A stretch of 39,667 nt of DNA from Stramenopiles sp. TOSAG23-2 (taxonomy: Eukaryota). Under the pieces are notes generated by a model. It saw only the letters and a program-made list of their open reading frames with translations. It was not told the DNA's origin and ran no database searches. Shown piece after piece: positions 1 to 9,921 of the stretch; within the stretch, counting starts at the first letter, position 1, and each line of letters opens with the position of its first letter. The DNA is taken from contig LT649311.1 of NCBI GenBank assembly GCA_900128395.1, forward strand, positions 1 to 39,667, given 5' to 3'. The translations under genes were made by a program, and so were the position numbers.

Positions 1-95
1 ATTGTCGTTATCCAATTTAACTTTCAATTTTCCATCCTTACGTGAGGGCGCCTCAATAACTGTCCCTCTACTTCCTTGTTTAAATGTTGCATTAC
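1..95 (-). CDS. Probable exon fragment of a gene running off the window edge (GNATFKQGSRGTVIEAPSRKDGKLKVKLDNDN...)
   Basis: Open, coding-like frame to the window edge, preceded on the minus strand by an AT-rich tract ending ...CTCAACAG (acceptor-like). The upstream exon was not identified, and CAG|GTAATG could alternatively be a donor site. Confidence 0.35.
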
Positions 96-492
96 CTGTT
101 GAGTAATATATATGATATATGCTCAATACTCAATCGCAGAGAATAATATGCTATCCTATGCATACACTATTAGTAAAGCTCTTAATGCACCTCTGCAAAC
201 TAATACTTCACAAAGCACAAGTAGGTTTCTATCCTTCCATGCGCACTCGTTGAGCTGGCTGGACGCCGGGTTCATTCGAAAACGGTGAGGTTGTCGAAGT
301 GAAAGACCCTGTTGTGAACAACAACCGGTAACTATCCGGATAAAGATCTTGAAGTGCACGGTTGTGGCAAAAAGCCGCGGTTTTGATCTATATATATAAT
401 GCATATGTATTTTTTTAAACGTAAAGTGTACATATTATTTTTTTTAATATTTCTCTGTCTCTGTTTGCCATGTTGTTGTGATGTAATTTAAT

Positions 493-1005
493 TCACCGTT
501 CTTCCATTTCTTTGGAAATTTCTGTTGCATCTTCAACGCCTGTTGTTCGTTTATGACCTTGTAATTCTCTTAATTCCTCACGTAATGATGTAATATATTC
601 CAACATCTCTAAATTAATCCTATGTTCATATTCAACTTCTTCCCTTAACAAGCGTTGCACAACATGTTCCGCAGCTGTACGTAATTTGCTTTGAAATAAA
701 ATCAATGATTTTCCAACTGATGCTTTTGTTGGTGATGGTGGTGGATTTGCTTCAACTACTTGTTGAGTTTGATCGTCCATAATTAATGGATGATTCCATT
801 GAACATCATTAGTTTCTGTATTATGATAATATACATAACCATCTTCATTCTCATATGCGATCCATGGTTTTGGAAGCGATGAAACATTTGCTAACATATT
901 ACGTAATCGTTGGACTTCTTGTATTGCATCTTGTGCATTTGTGATATCTGATGCATCTAAAGGTTTTTCTGCTTCAGCATAGACAATTGATGATGCACCA
1001 CCCAT
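493..1005 (-). CDS. WW-domain protein with coiled-coil segments and possible N-myristoylation
   Basis: LPKPWIAYENEDGYVYYHNTETNDVQWNHP is a canonical WW motif (W..YYxN..T.W.xP). The N-terminus MGGASS fits MGxxxS. Confidence 0.8.
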   Translation of the reverse strand: MGGASSIVYAEAEKPLDASDITNAQDAIQEVQRLRNMLANVSSLPKPWIAYENEDGYVYYHNTETNDVQWNHPLIMDDQTQQVVEANPPPSPTKASVGKSLILFQSKLRTAAEHVVQRLLREEVEYEHRINLEMLEYITSLREELRELQGHKRTTGVEDATEISKEMEER

Positions 1006-1395
1006 GGATGTGTGTGTAATGGTATTGTTTTTGAAAATTTGGTGTAAAACGTTTTATATAAAAAACTGAAAAAGATAGAACTTAAAAAACAAATGCGATT
1101 TTAATAATAAACGTATATTTTAATATCTCTCTCTCTTTACAAATGTATATCTCTAGAGAGATGCCTTTCTCTATTTAATTCGACTTGTTCCACAAATATA
1201 TATAATATTACGAAATTTTATACACATGTGTTAATATATGTTTACGTTCTTATAATAAACAAATTTTTAAAATAATTTTAACGGTTTGTTTTTTTCACAC
1301 AACCACAACACTATGCTGAAGCGCTGAAGCTTATTAATACTGTAATAGAGGCCGAAGTTTTCCCAAAAAACACAAAAAAAACAAAGAAAAAATTA

Positions 1396-3318
1396 TTAAA
1401 CAAACTGTTGAACATTTGATCTATGCAAGGTTTTCAATTCATACATCAAATGTGGATAAAACATATACACATTTAACGCATTGGCATTATTAATGACACC
1501 ACGATTTGTCTGGTCAATAATATATGAATCAATTTGTTGTTTCAATGGATAAACATTGGCTAATAATTTTTTCGCACCATTATAAGACACCATATAGCTA
1601 AATGTACCGTAATGATCATGTAAAATTTTTTTCAAAAATTGCAATTGGAGGATGCTTTCCCCTTCCTCTTCTTTCCTTGATTGTATTTCTACATGTTGAT
1701 ATTTTACATAATATTGTGTACCAAGATATATAATATCAAAATCTTTTGGTAATTCCTTCATGTAATGTTTTAATTTCTTATCAAAATCATGAGTGATATA
1801 AATATCATCCTCTAATATCAAAAAAAATGTATTGGCATATTCATCATCATCATGCTGATATTTGGTAACAATACTTTCCCATATATTAATATGCGACAAT
1901 GCACAACCAATACTACCACGTGTCAATTCAATCGCTTCAACTTTAATTTTTAATTTTTCTTTTCGTAAAATTTCATTATAATCATCTGTTAACAATTTGT
2001 TTTCATCTATTAACTTTAATAACGGATCTTCTTTAATACCATCTTTCGACAAATTTATACCATATACAATTTGAAAATTATGCAATAATGTTGATGATTT
2101 TTTATGTATTTCATCTTTTATATTTTGTAATAATTTAATTTTTTCTTTTAAATTGATGATAAATGTTTCAATAGCAATATTATTATCAATACCTTGATAT
2201 AATGATATCGAAGGTGAAAGTATTGCTATATTGTTCTTGTTATTATCATGCATCGTCATTGCTGATGATGTCGATAATATAGTTACTTTTGATGAAATTG
2301 GAAGCATATGTACAATTTTATGTTGAATTGTATTTTTAATTGGCATATTATCTTTTTTGTTTATTAAAGAAAATACAATTGTATGAATGCCTGGATGTGT
2401 ATATATAATATTGAAGCGGTTAGACATTTGTATATGGGTTATATATATATATATATATACATATATTGAATGGAAATAGAACCAATTTCTATATAGATTA
2501 TAATACATACCTGTGCCTACTAAACTCAATTTCACCAATTCATTATTATTTACATCATGTGTTGAACCAGTAACATCAATGTCTTTGTTATTATTATTAT
2601 TATAATTATATATATCATCTACGATATGTAAATTATTATAGATCAAATTATTGTCATGTATACATTGACGTTTTAAAATTCCAAAATGTTCTATATTTAT
2701 ACATAAACTTCCATTAATGCCTAATACAAAATTATTTATTGAAAGATGAAAAGGTAATGAATATGTACAATTTAATTCATTATTACAATAGATAATATCA
2801 TTATCAACTGGTTCATGTATTTTTAATATTGGCATTCGTGGAAAAGGTTTGAATGTTATGTACAATTTTATATGTAATTGTTGCTTTGATATGTAATTTG
2901 AAATGACTTTTTGATATTTTTTTTTAAAATCTTTATTTCCATTATGTAACAGAACGCGTCGATTAGTATCTGCTGTATCATATGAAATCGTATCTATCAT
3001 TTTACCATAACCATTATCGTTTGATTGTATTAAATGAACTAATTCAGTATATTTCAAATGTACCGTATTATTTTCAAAATATGCAATAGTTCTATAAATT
3101 TTATTATCTTGATAATTTACTTTTGTAGTTTTATCGACAGTTGGTACTACTAATATACGAAATATATTATGATTAGTTAATAAAGATGATGACGAACTTA
3201 CATGAATTGATTTACATATGTTGATGGTGATTATTGTTAATATTAGTAGTAGTAGTAACGGTTGTACATTTTTAATTTTATTGTATTTATTTTTAAAATG
3301 AGATGTAGTGAATAACAT
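1396..3318 (-). CDS. Glycosyltransferase family 25 protein with N-terminal signal/anchor; exons 3318-2511 and 2390-1396 (about 600 aa spliced)
   Basis: GT25 motifs LTRGSIGCALSHINIW, FLILEDD, DFDIIYLG, GTFSYMVSYNGAKKLL and QIDSYI, plus a hydrophobic N-terminus. The ORF reads through a probable 120-nt intron. Confidence 0.85.
   Translation of the reverse strand: MLFTTSHFKNKYNKIKNVQPLLLLLILTIITINICKSIHVSSSSSLLTNHNIFRILVVPTVDKTTKVNYQDNKIYRTIAYFENNTVHLKYTELVHLIQSNDNGYGKMIDTISYDTADTNRRVLLHNGNKDFKKKYQKVISNYISKQQLHIKLYITFKPFPRMPILKIHEPVDNDIIYCNNELNCTYSLPFHLSINNFVLGINGSLCINIEHFGILKRQCIHDNNLIYNNLHIVDDIYNYNNNNNKDIDVTGSTHDVNNNELVKLSLVGTGMYYNLYRNWFYFHSIYVYIYIYITHIQMSNRFNIIYTHPGIHTIVFSLINKKDNMPIKNTIQHKIVHMLPISSKVTILSTSSAMTMHDNNKNNIAILSPSISLYQGIDNNIAIETFIINLKEKIKLLQNIKDEIHKKSSTLLHNFQIVYGINLSKDGIKEDPLLKLIDENKLLTDDYNEILRKEKLKIKVEAIELTRGSIGCALSHINIWESIVTKYQHDDDEYANTFFLILEDDIYITHDFDKKLKHYMKELPKDFDIIYLGTQYYVKYQHVEIQSRKEEEGESILQLQFLKKILHDHYGTFSYMVSYNGAKKLLANVYPLKQQIDSYIIDQTNRGVINNANALNVYMFYPHLMYELKTLHRSNVQQFV
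2391..2510 (-). other. Probable spliceosomal intron (120 nt, in frame, no stop)
   Basis: CAG|GTATGT donor, (TA)n tract, TCTAAC branch point and CATCCAG| acceptor. Its translation (YVYIYIYI) is microsatellite-derived. Confidence 0.75.
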
Positions 3319-3338
3319 GGTGGTGATATATTAATAAT

Positions 3339-3369
<31 letters not shown>

Positions 3370-3719
3370 CAGTGACCGACTATGATGATCCTTTTTTCTG
3401 AATTAATATCACTCTCTAAGTTATGATGATATCGTTCCTAAAGACATACAGATTGTTATTATTTAGTTAGTAGATGTGACTTTTACTTTTACTTCAGGAT
3501 AAATGCAACAAAACATAAAATATATATAATTTTATATTTTATATATTTTTTCGATCGGCGGAGAGAAGATCAGTATTATCGTATTATCGTACTTCTTATT
3601 ATACTGTAAGCTATACTATACAAAAAAAACATCATTAAATAGGGTCACTACTCTGGGTACTCACTTTTATTATTATTATATTATGTATTATTAATAGACA
3701 AATAATAACAATTTTAATT

Positions 3720-4821
3720 TTACAACTCTTCTTTCTTTTTTGCTTTCTTTTTTTTCTTCTCTGGTACAGGTGGTGGTGTTTTACCAATTCGTGTTAATAC
3801 ATGTTTTATCGAATGTGGATATTTTTCCATTAATTTGTAAAACGTTCGAAACATTTTTTTAAAATCTTGTTTACGAATTTTATTCGTTCCATCGTTTGTT
3901 GGAATTAATTTTGTTACTTTTGTTTGTATATCTTCATCTGATAATGATTTATCTCCAAATGCTTTGTAGAAATTAAGAAATAATTCCTCATAATGTTTTG
4001 GAACGTCATCTTCTTTGATACATTTGCAATATACTTCTTCTGATTCTACAAATCCACCACCACCAAACATACTGACTCCCATGCTATACATTTGAGCTGC
4101 TTGTACACATTGAGGATTAGATGGAAATGTTTCTACACATAGCACCTAAGATAGTGTTGTTGTTGTATATGATAATAACAAGTCATTTTATTAGTTAGTT
4201 AATAAATTTTTCTTTGGTTACTGTGTGTGTGTATACATATATATGTGTGTAGAATATAAATGAAATGTAACTTACATGCATACATTTTTCAAAAAGTTTA
4301 TCACCTAAGATAGTGTTGTTGTTGTTGTATATGATAATAACAAGTCATTTTATTAGTTAGTTAATAAATTTTTCTTTGGTTACTGTATGTGTGTGTATAT
4401 ATATATCTGTGTGTAGAATATAAATGAAATTTAACGTACATTTTTGTTGCGTCAGGCCACAAGTTTGATAACATACATCATGTAAATCACAACACGATGT
4501 GAAATCTTCTTCACCACCTACTTTAATTCCCATTGTTGTACAGCCATTACTTTCTGGCATTGGTAAATTAGATTTTATATCCATATCTGTAACTGTATAT
4601 GGACGTCGATTGTATGCCATATAAACTTCTTTAAAATCATCAGAAATAGTTTTACGTTGTGCTTTTATTTGACCACGTGGGCACGTAGTACGTTGTAAAC
4701 GCCCATTATTTCGTTGCGCTAAAACATTACTTGTTTGTACTACTAATAATAATACTATGACACATAAAATGAATAATACATTAGCTAATCTATTATTATT
4801 ACGATTATTTAACATCATCAT
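3720..4821 (-). CDS. Group XII secretory phospholipase A2-like protein (278 aa); exons 4821-4440, 4304-4276, 4145-3720; C-terminal KEEL
   Basis: Signal peptide; SNGC...FTSCCDLHDVCYQTCG matches the PLA2G12 NGC...CCxxHDxCYxTCG motif. Splicing gives continuous QQKCDKLFEKCMHVLC (382+29+426 nt, in frame), restoring the family's CD..F..C...C pattern. Confidence 0.85.
4146..4275 (-). other. Intron 2 of the PLA2 gene (130 nt), a near-identical copy of intron 1
   Basis: GTAAGT donor, ACTAAC branch point and CTATCTTAG acceptor; required to restore the reading frame. Confidence 0.9.
4305..4439 (-). other. Intron 1 of the PLA2 gene (135 nt), a near-identical copy of intron 2
   Basis: GTACGT donor, ACTAAC branch point and CTATCTTAG acceptor; required to restore the reading frame. 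Confidence 0.9.
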
Positions 4822-5448
4822 GTTTTCTTATTCTTATGTAATATATTGTCGTATTAATATTCGAATTAAAAATGATCAATTTTCTAAATTGTTATTTCCT
4901 TTTCTTTCTCACAGAAAAAACATTTCTTCACACATATCACTCCTGTTAAAAACATTTCTATCTTTGTATTATTAATTGGATTTAGATTATCATCACACGT
5001 GTCTCTCTCGTTAATGTTAATTGTCGTTGACTTGTTCAATTACAACAACATCGTGTATTAAGGTATCTATGGTTGTATTAGTACCCGCATAAAATACACC
5101 GTAACATTAACATTCTAATTTACTAAATTCTATCATAATTATTTTAATTTCTTAGCACCTTAATAAAAACTTTAATCTTCATTTATTATACTAAAAATCT
5201 ATAAAACTACTATATAATACTACTATTATACTTCTTCATTCATAATTATAATATTGATATTTATTAATATGTGCATTAATATTTATAATTAAAAACAAAT
5301 AGATAGACGGAGATATAGATATATATTATTCAATCACTATATAATATTATTATTATCCATTCAATGCCACTCTTTCATCGTTTATTAATTACTTTTCTCT
5401 CTATCTCTCTATCCATCGCTTATATAATTTGTATTTGCATGCCAAAAG

Positions 5449-8400
5449 ATGTCTCGTAAAGTGACGGAAAAGGAAGACCCAAATTTGTACATATTTCGAT
5501 ATACGCCATTAAACTTAGATCAAAAAATAGAAATAATACAAGCAAAACTAGCGCGTGATGGGTTGTCCAGGAAAATGATATATAATTTTAAAGAGGAAGG
5601 GAAAAAAACGCATGTAGAATATGAGCAACTAATGTGCGGTACCATGGCATTACAAGATATGTTGGAGCATACAAATGGTCCTGGCCTGGCAATGGTTATT
5701 TGCACTGCTGCTGCGTTAGAACTACTACGTTGTCCACAATATATTACCTCTGAACTTGCTGATAGATGTATACAAACTGGCGTACAATATTATTATGAAA
5801 CAGATCAGCCAGCAAGACAAACGGAGGCACACATGTACAAAGAAAACCATATGGCATTGAAGGAGCAGCTGGAAACGCTAAAAAAGTGTTTTGTATCGAC
5901 AGAGGGAGTTCATGACAAAGAGGATTTGGAAGAAGTCAAAGAGGACGTACTTTGGGATAGTACTATGGAAGAATCTTTTATCACTGAAGTAGATTTACAA
6001 AATATTTTTAAAGAGATGAGGCAATTTACAACTGGTGTTTATGAGGATGACAACGGCAAAACTGTAAAAGAGGAAGGAGGTATTCCTTTGCAAGAAAATG
6101 TAAATAAAAAGACCAAGGGGGAAAACCAGGATGAAATTAATGTTTTTGCAGTCGCAGCTGTTTTATGCACGGAATATGCTTCATTTGCTTTATTTATTGA
6201 TATTGGAGGGAGAAGAATGATTGTTTTTGATCCATCAAGGCGTGATAATGAAATGTCCCACGAAACACCTAATGGTGGCTTTACAAGCTTTTCTACACAG
6301 CAAAACTTATTGCAATTTCTTGGGAGGCGAATGCATGAAGTAGAGGCACGATGGGTACAAATCTCTACGTTTAAACACAATAGCAGCTCAACGACAAATG
6401 ATTATTATGATCTTATGGCAAGTCAAGATCTTATAGGAAGTCAAGTGGCGTTTAGTAGTGGTGATCCTGGAGACAAATCAGAATCTGCAAAGTTAGTGGA
6501 ACGTTTGCACGCGGAAGCGCAATTAAAAAAAATGCGACAAGGGAAAACTTTTTTGGGAATACTACAGGCAAAAAAAGGTAAACAAAAAGACTTTGCATCA
6601 TGTTTAGTTGAAAAATGGAAAACATTGTATACATCTTTGATAAGCGCTTTATGGCATATAAAACCATTTCGATTGCATTTTGGTTTTGGAAAGAAAAAGA
6701 ATGTTTTTGGAAGTCCGTCAAATTGCTTAATAGCAGCATTTGAAACCGCATTTCGTAAATACCATTTTTACATGGACAAAATAAGAACAATTGAAGAAGT
6801 ATTGAAAGAAGATTTGAAATTTGATGAAGATAGAGAACAACACCATTTGGAATATAAGAATCAAATGAAAAACTTTTTAATGTTTTTAGTTAGTCCAGAA
6901 TTTGAAAAAGATTTATCTCATATACACACAAATTTACGGCATTTAAGTGTTATTGAAATGGAGCCGGATATTGTATTTGATTTTTTTCTAAGAAATATAC
7001 ATAGTACATTAACACGAAGCAAATCGTTGGATGATCATACCTGTTTGTGTGGCAGAGGACAAAGTGACGTCGATTCGCTACATTTTAAAATGAATGGTGG
7101 TGGTTCTCATTCCAATGATATGGACAATGCAAATAACAATGGTGATTTTTTAGCAGATACTATGGATTCACATGCTGGCTCAGAACGTTGCATTGCTCAT
7201 AGCATTTTTCATTTAGATTTTTTAGAGGAAAGGTATTGTAAAAGTTGCCATTGTCAAGATAATGAAGGGCAATTGGTCGAATCAGAGTCACCTAGATATT
7301 TAAATTTCAAATTATCAGTCAATATTTCTCATCTAAGACAATCAAAAAGTGATTTATATTTAATAAATGAATCAAAAGATTACAATGAACGCAGATCTAA
7401 ATCTGGACAAGATGTCAGTCTAAATCGTATATTAAAATATATTGTATCTACGAAATGGCAGTCTCATTGTCCAAATGCACCGGAATGTGAAGTATGCGGA
7501 GCATTAGCCTCGGTTATATGCTATAGTTGCACTTGGGACACAGTAATGAAAGAGAAAGAGAAGAAAATCATATTGCATGAGCATCGACGGCTTAAAACTG
7601 TAAAAAAAGAAGCTCCATCAATACGTGGAGCAAAAGATAAAAATAGAGTTGGACTTTGTTTATGCATACAATGCGACAAATCGATTCATAGCGTTGCCCA
7701 TAGACTGGGTGTTTCAACTTTGCAAGAATTCCAATATCAAGATGTAAGCGATCATAGTGTTGTAGTTGCAAAAAAGTGCGATTCATGTCACGATTCGCAA
7801 CGATTTGATTCTCCATTTTTCGCTACAAATGGACCTGTCCAAACTTTAGAAACTGGTGATCTTGGAAAAACAATTTCTACAATCAAACCGTTGTTCATAT
7901 GTAAACGTTGCTACGATCTTGCATTGTGTCCACCAATGACGACTAAATCAATGTTTTATGAAATGAAAGAATCGAAGCATTTTACGGAAATTTTACACCA
8001 ATCATTGAAAAAAGAATTGATTGATTATGAAAAACATATTTCCGCCACGTTTGCTGCTAGGAAACGAGATATTGCGCAATACATTGAACGAATTGAGCGA
8101 GAAGTGCAAAAATTGGAAAGTGGTGGTGATGCTGGGAGGTACAAAGCAGCTGCAGGACAAAAAGATTATAAAGTGCAAATGGAGCAAAAGCATAAAGATT
8201 TAAAAGTAATGCAAGAGCGTTTAGCAAAATTTGATATGACGAAAAGGAAATTATATCGACGTAAGATCGAATTAAAAAAGCAAGAAATTAAACGACGTAG
8301 GGATATTATGATTGTGGGAAGAAGACAAGCATTTTCATGGAGGGCACCTCACATAAAAACTTCGTTAAAGCGTGCACAAGAATCCATGTCAAACATTAAT

Positions 8401-9495
8401 CCATGCGCTGTCAGTTCCCATGTCGATTTGACATTACTTAAGCCACCAGCTGTACTGCAGGTTAATTTAGATTGGGGTGCATTAGGCTCTGATGAGGAAC
8501 GACATGGTAGTTTTCATACAGATGCTCCATGGCTATTAGATTTACTTGCAGAAGATATTGATTTACGAAAAGTTTTTGGTAAGGTAAACCAGGATCATGG
8601 AAATGATGATGTATTGTGGCATACGTTAATAAATCAATTTTTAGCTACAACTACTGCGAAGGAGCTGTTGGAAGTTGTATGTGCGATCCATGCAAATATT
8701 GTCACGGCAACATTTAGTAAAGAAACTATTTCAAAAATATCAGGTTGTGCATATATTAAAAGTGGAGGACGCATGGGTAGGAGAAATGAGGTAGTGGAAG
8801 ATTTACAAATGTCATTGTTGAACCAAGCCCAACGTTTACGCTCACAGAAGGAACCAGATGAATATAAAGCAAGTCGATTGGAGGCACGATGGGAAATGCG
8901 ATACAGATTGGACTCGCTAGGTTATTGTTGGAATGATGAAGTGAGAAAAGCATATGCAGAATTATCAAAAGATATACATAAAAGTGCAAATCAACATTTA
9001 GAGAAATCACATAGTACATCGTATAAAATGCGTTCATTTATTTGTAAACGTGTTTTAGATAGTATAGACCAGCATAGTGAGAAAATAAAAGATGATGGAG
9101 CAGCATTACGGCATGCAAGCTTACAAGTACATTCTCATAGAGTATCAAGTGTTTATGAAACGTACGTCTATGATCATGAAGATAGATGTCAATGGTACAG
9201 GTTAGAAACTGAAGGTGATTACAAAACTTATTATTCTATTGAAACATTAAAGCATGAAATTAAAAGGAGGCATGGTTATCCCGTATTGTGCTTCTACGAG
9301 CGAGTAGCTGATATATCTGAAAGTGTAACCATGGAAAACATGAATTTAGGTTCTGTCATTATGTCAAATAAAGTAGATCGTGTGAATCAAATGTTAGAAG
9401 TAGAAAAAGGTGAAAAAATGAGAATTAAATTACCGAAGAAAATGAAGAAAAAGGTTATTGAGGAAGAGGAACAGGGTGGTTGTGTTATGTCGTGA
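5449..9495 (+). CDS. 1348-aa USP53/USP54-like (peptidase C19 fold) probable pseudo-deubiquitinase with N-terminal VTD/C76-like domain, B-box-like zinc fingers, coiled coil and C-terminal CaaX
   Basis: Ordered USP53/54-like blocks: SLISALWHIKPFR, NCLIAAFETAF, FDFFLRNIH, CIAHSIFHLDFLEERYCKSC, LLKPPAVLQVNLDW, IDLRKVF, YKMRSFIC, QWY and GYPVLCFYER. CEVC...C..C...LCIQCDKSIH is B-box-like. It ends KKMKKK...GGCVMS*. Confidence 0.7.
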   Translation: MSRKVTEKEDPNLYIFRYTPLNLDQKIEIIQAKLARDGLSRKMIYNFKEEGKKTHVEYEQLMCGTMALQDMLEHTNGPGLAMVICTAAALELLRCPQYITSELADRCIQTGVQYYYETDQPARQTEAHMYKENHMALKEQLETLKKCFVSTEGVHDKEDLEEVKEDVLWDSTMEESFITEVDLQNIFKEMRQFTTGVYEDDNGKTVKEEGGIPLQENVNKKTKGENQDEINVFAVAAVLCTEYASFALFIDIGGRRMIVFDPSRRDNEMSHETPNGGFTSFSTQQNLLQFLGRRMHEVEARWVQISTFKHNSSSTTNDYYDLMASQDLIGSQVAFSSGDPGDKSESAKLVERLHAEAQLKKMRQGKTFLGILQAKKGKQKDFASCLVEKWKTLYTSLISALWHIKPFRLHFGFGKKKNVFGSPSNCLIAAFETAFRKYHFYMDKIRTIEEVLKEDLKFDEDREQHHLEYKNQMKNFLMFLVSPEFEKDLSHIHTNLRHLSVIEMEPDIVFDFFLRNIHSTLTRSKSLDDHTCLCGRGQSDVDSLHFKMNGGGSHSNDMDNANNNGDFLADTMDSHAGSERCIAHSIFHLDFLEERYCKSCHCQDNEGQLVESESPRYLNFKLSVNISHLRQSKSDLYLINESKDYNERRSKSGQDVSLNRILKYIVSTKWQSHCPNAPECEVCGALASVICYSCTWDTVMKEKEKKIILHEHRRLKTVKKEAPSIRGAKDKNRVGLCLCIQCDKSIHSVAHRLGVSTLQEFQYQDVSDHSVVVAKKCDSCHDSQRFDSPFFATNGPVQTLETGDLGKTISTIKPLFICKRCYDLALCPPMTTKSMFYEMKESKHFTEILHQSLKKELIDYEKHISATFAARKRDIAQYIERIEREVQKLESGGDAGRYKAAAGQKDYKVQMEQKHKDLKVMQERLAKFDMTKRKLYRRKIELKKQEIKRRRDIMIVGRRQAFSWRAPHIKTSLKRAQESMSNINPCAVSSHVDLTLLKPPAVLQVNLDWGALGSDEERHGSFHTDAPWLLDLLAEDIDLRKVFGKVNQDHGNDDVLWHTLINQFLATTTAKELLEVVCAIHANIVTATFSKETISKISGCAYIKSGGRMGRRNEVVEDLQMSLLNQAQRLRSQKEPDEYKASRLEARWEMRYRLDSLGYCWNDEVRKAYAELSKDIHKSANQHLEKSHSTSYKMRSFICKRVLDSIDQHSEKIKDDGAALRHASLQVHSHRVSSVYETYVYDHEDRCQWYRLETEGDYKTYYSIETLKHEIKRRHGYPVLCFYERVADISESVTMENMNLGSVIMSNKVDRVNQMLEVEKGEKMRIKLPKKMKKKVIEEEEQGGCVMS

Positions 9496-9921
9496 AGAGA
9501 AAAAAGAGAAGAGAATAGAGAGAGAGAGTGCAAGGTAAAAAAAGTTTGTTCGTATGTTTCGTGTTCGTATGAGATATGATATCATACAAAATTATATTTT
9601 ATAAAATATATATATATGTACTTCGTGTACTGTAATTTATAGCAGGTGTATCCATTATTTTTTCTGCTTTTCGATTATTATTCTTCAGTCCGACGACGCC
9701 GCGTATAATCCATGTAATCCATTAATATACGCGTCGAAGTGTGATAAAGGAAAAAATAATACAGTACATGTATATTATTATTAGTATAATATAATGAATA
9801 TAACAAAGAAATAAAAGTAAATCTACGTAAGATAATATTATATACATGTAAATACCTACGTATATACAACTATATTCATTAAAAATAATTATTTATTATA
9901 ACGGAGAGAGACAAATAAAAA

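Noticed and set aside
239-331. Plus-strand ATG CGC ACT CGT TGA ... read-through as a selenoprotein
   Set aside because: Only about 30 codons, with no redox motif and no identifiable SECIS.
156-404. 82-aa minus-strand ORF as a gene
   Set aside because: It starts in a TA-rich tract and has no recognisable motif; kept only as an unexplained GC-richer island.
3380-3455. Two ATGATGA motifs plus CTGA suggesting a box C/D snoRNA (TATCGTTCC is complementary to U6 GGAACGAUA)
   Set aside because: No canonical terminal D box or stem; the 9-nt match is not positioned next to a D box; ATGATGA is common in this AT-rich DNA.
4146-4439. Twin introns interpreted as an assembly duplication or a CRISPR-like repeat-spacer
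   Set aside because: The copies have diverged, the 29-nt spacer is a required in-frame exon, the repeats are about 130 nt, and there are no cas genes.
4357-4439. C-terminus of ORF 4357-4821 (TLNFIYILHTDIYIHTH...)
   Set aside because: It is read-through into intron 1.
9691-9736. Inverted repeat CGCGTATA/TATACGCG upstream of the methyltransferase
   Set aside because: An 8-bp stem with a long loop is too weak to call.
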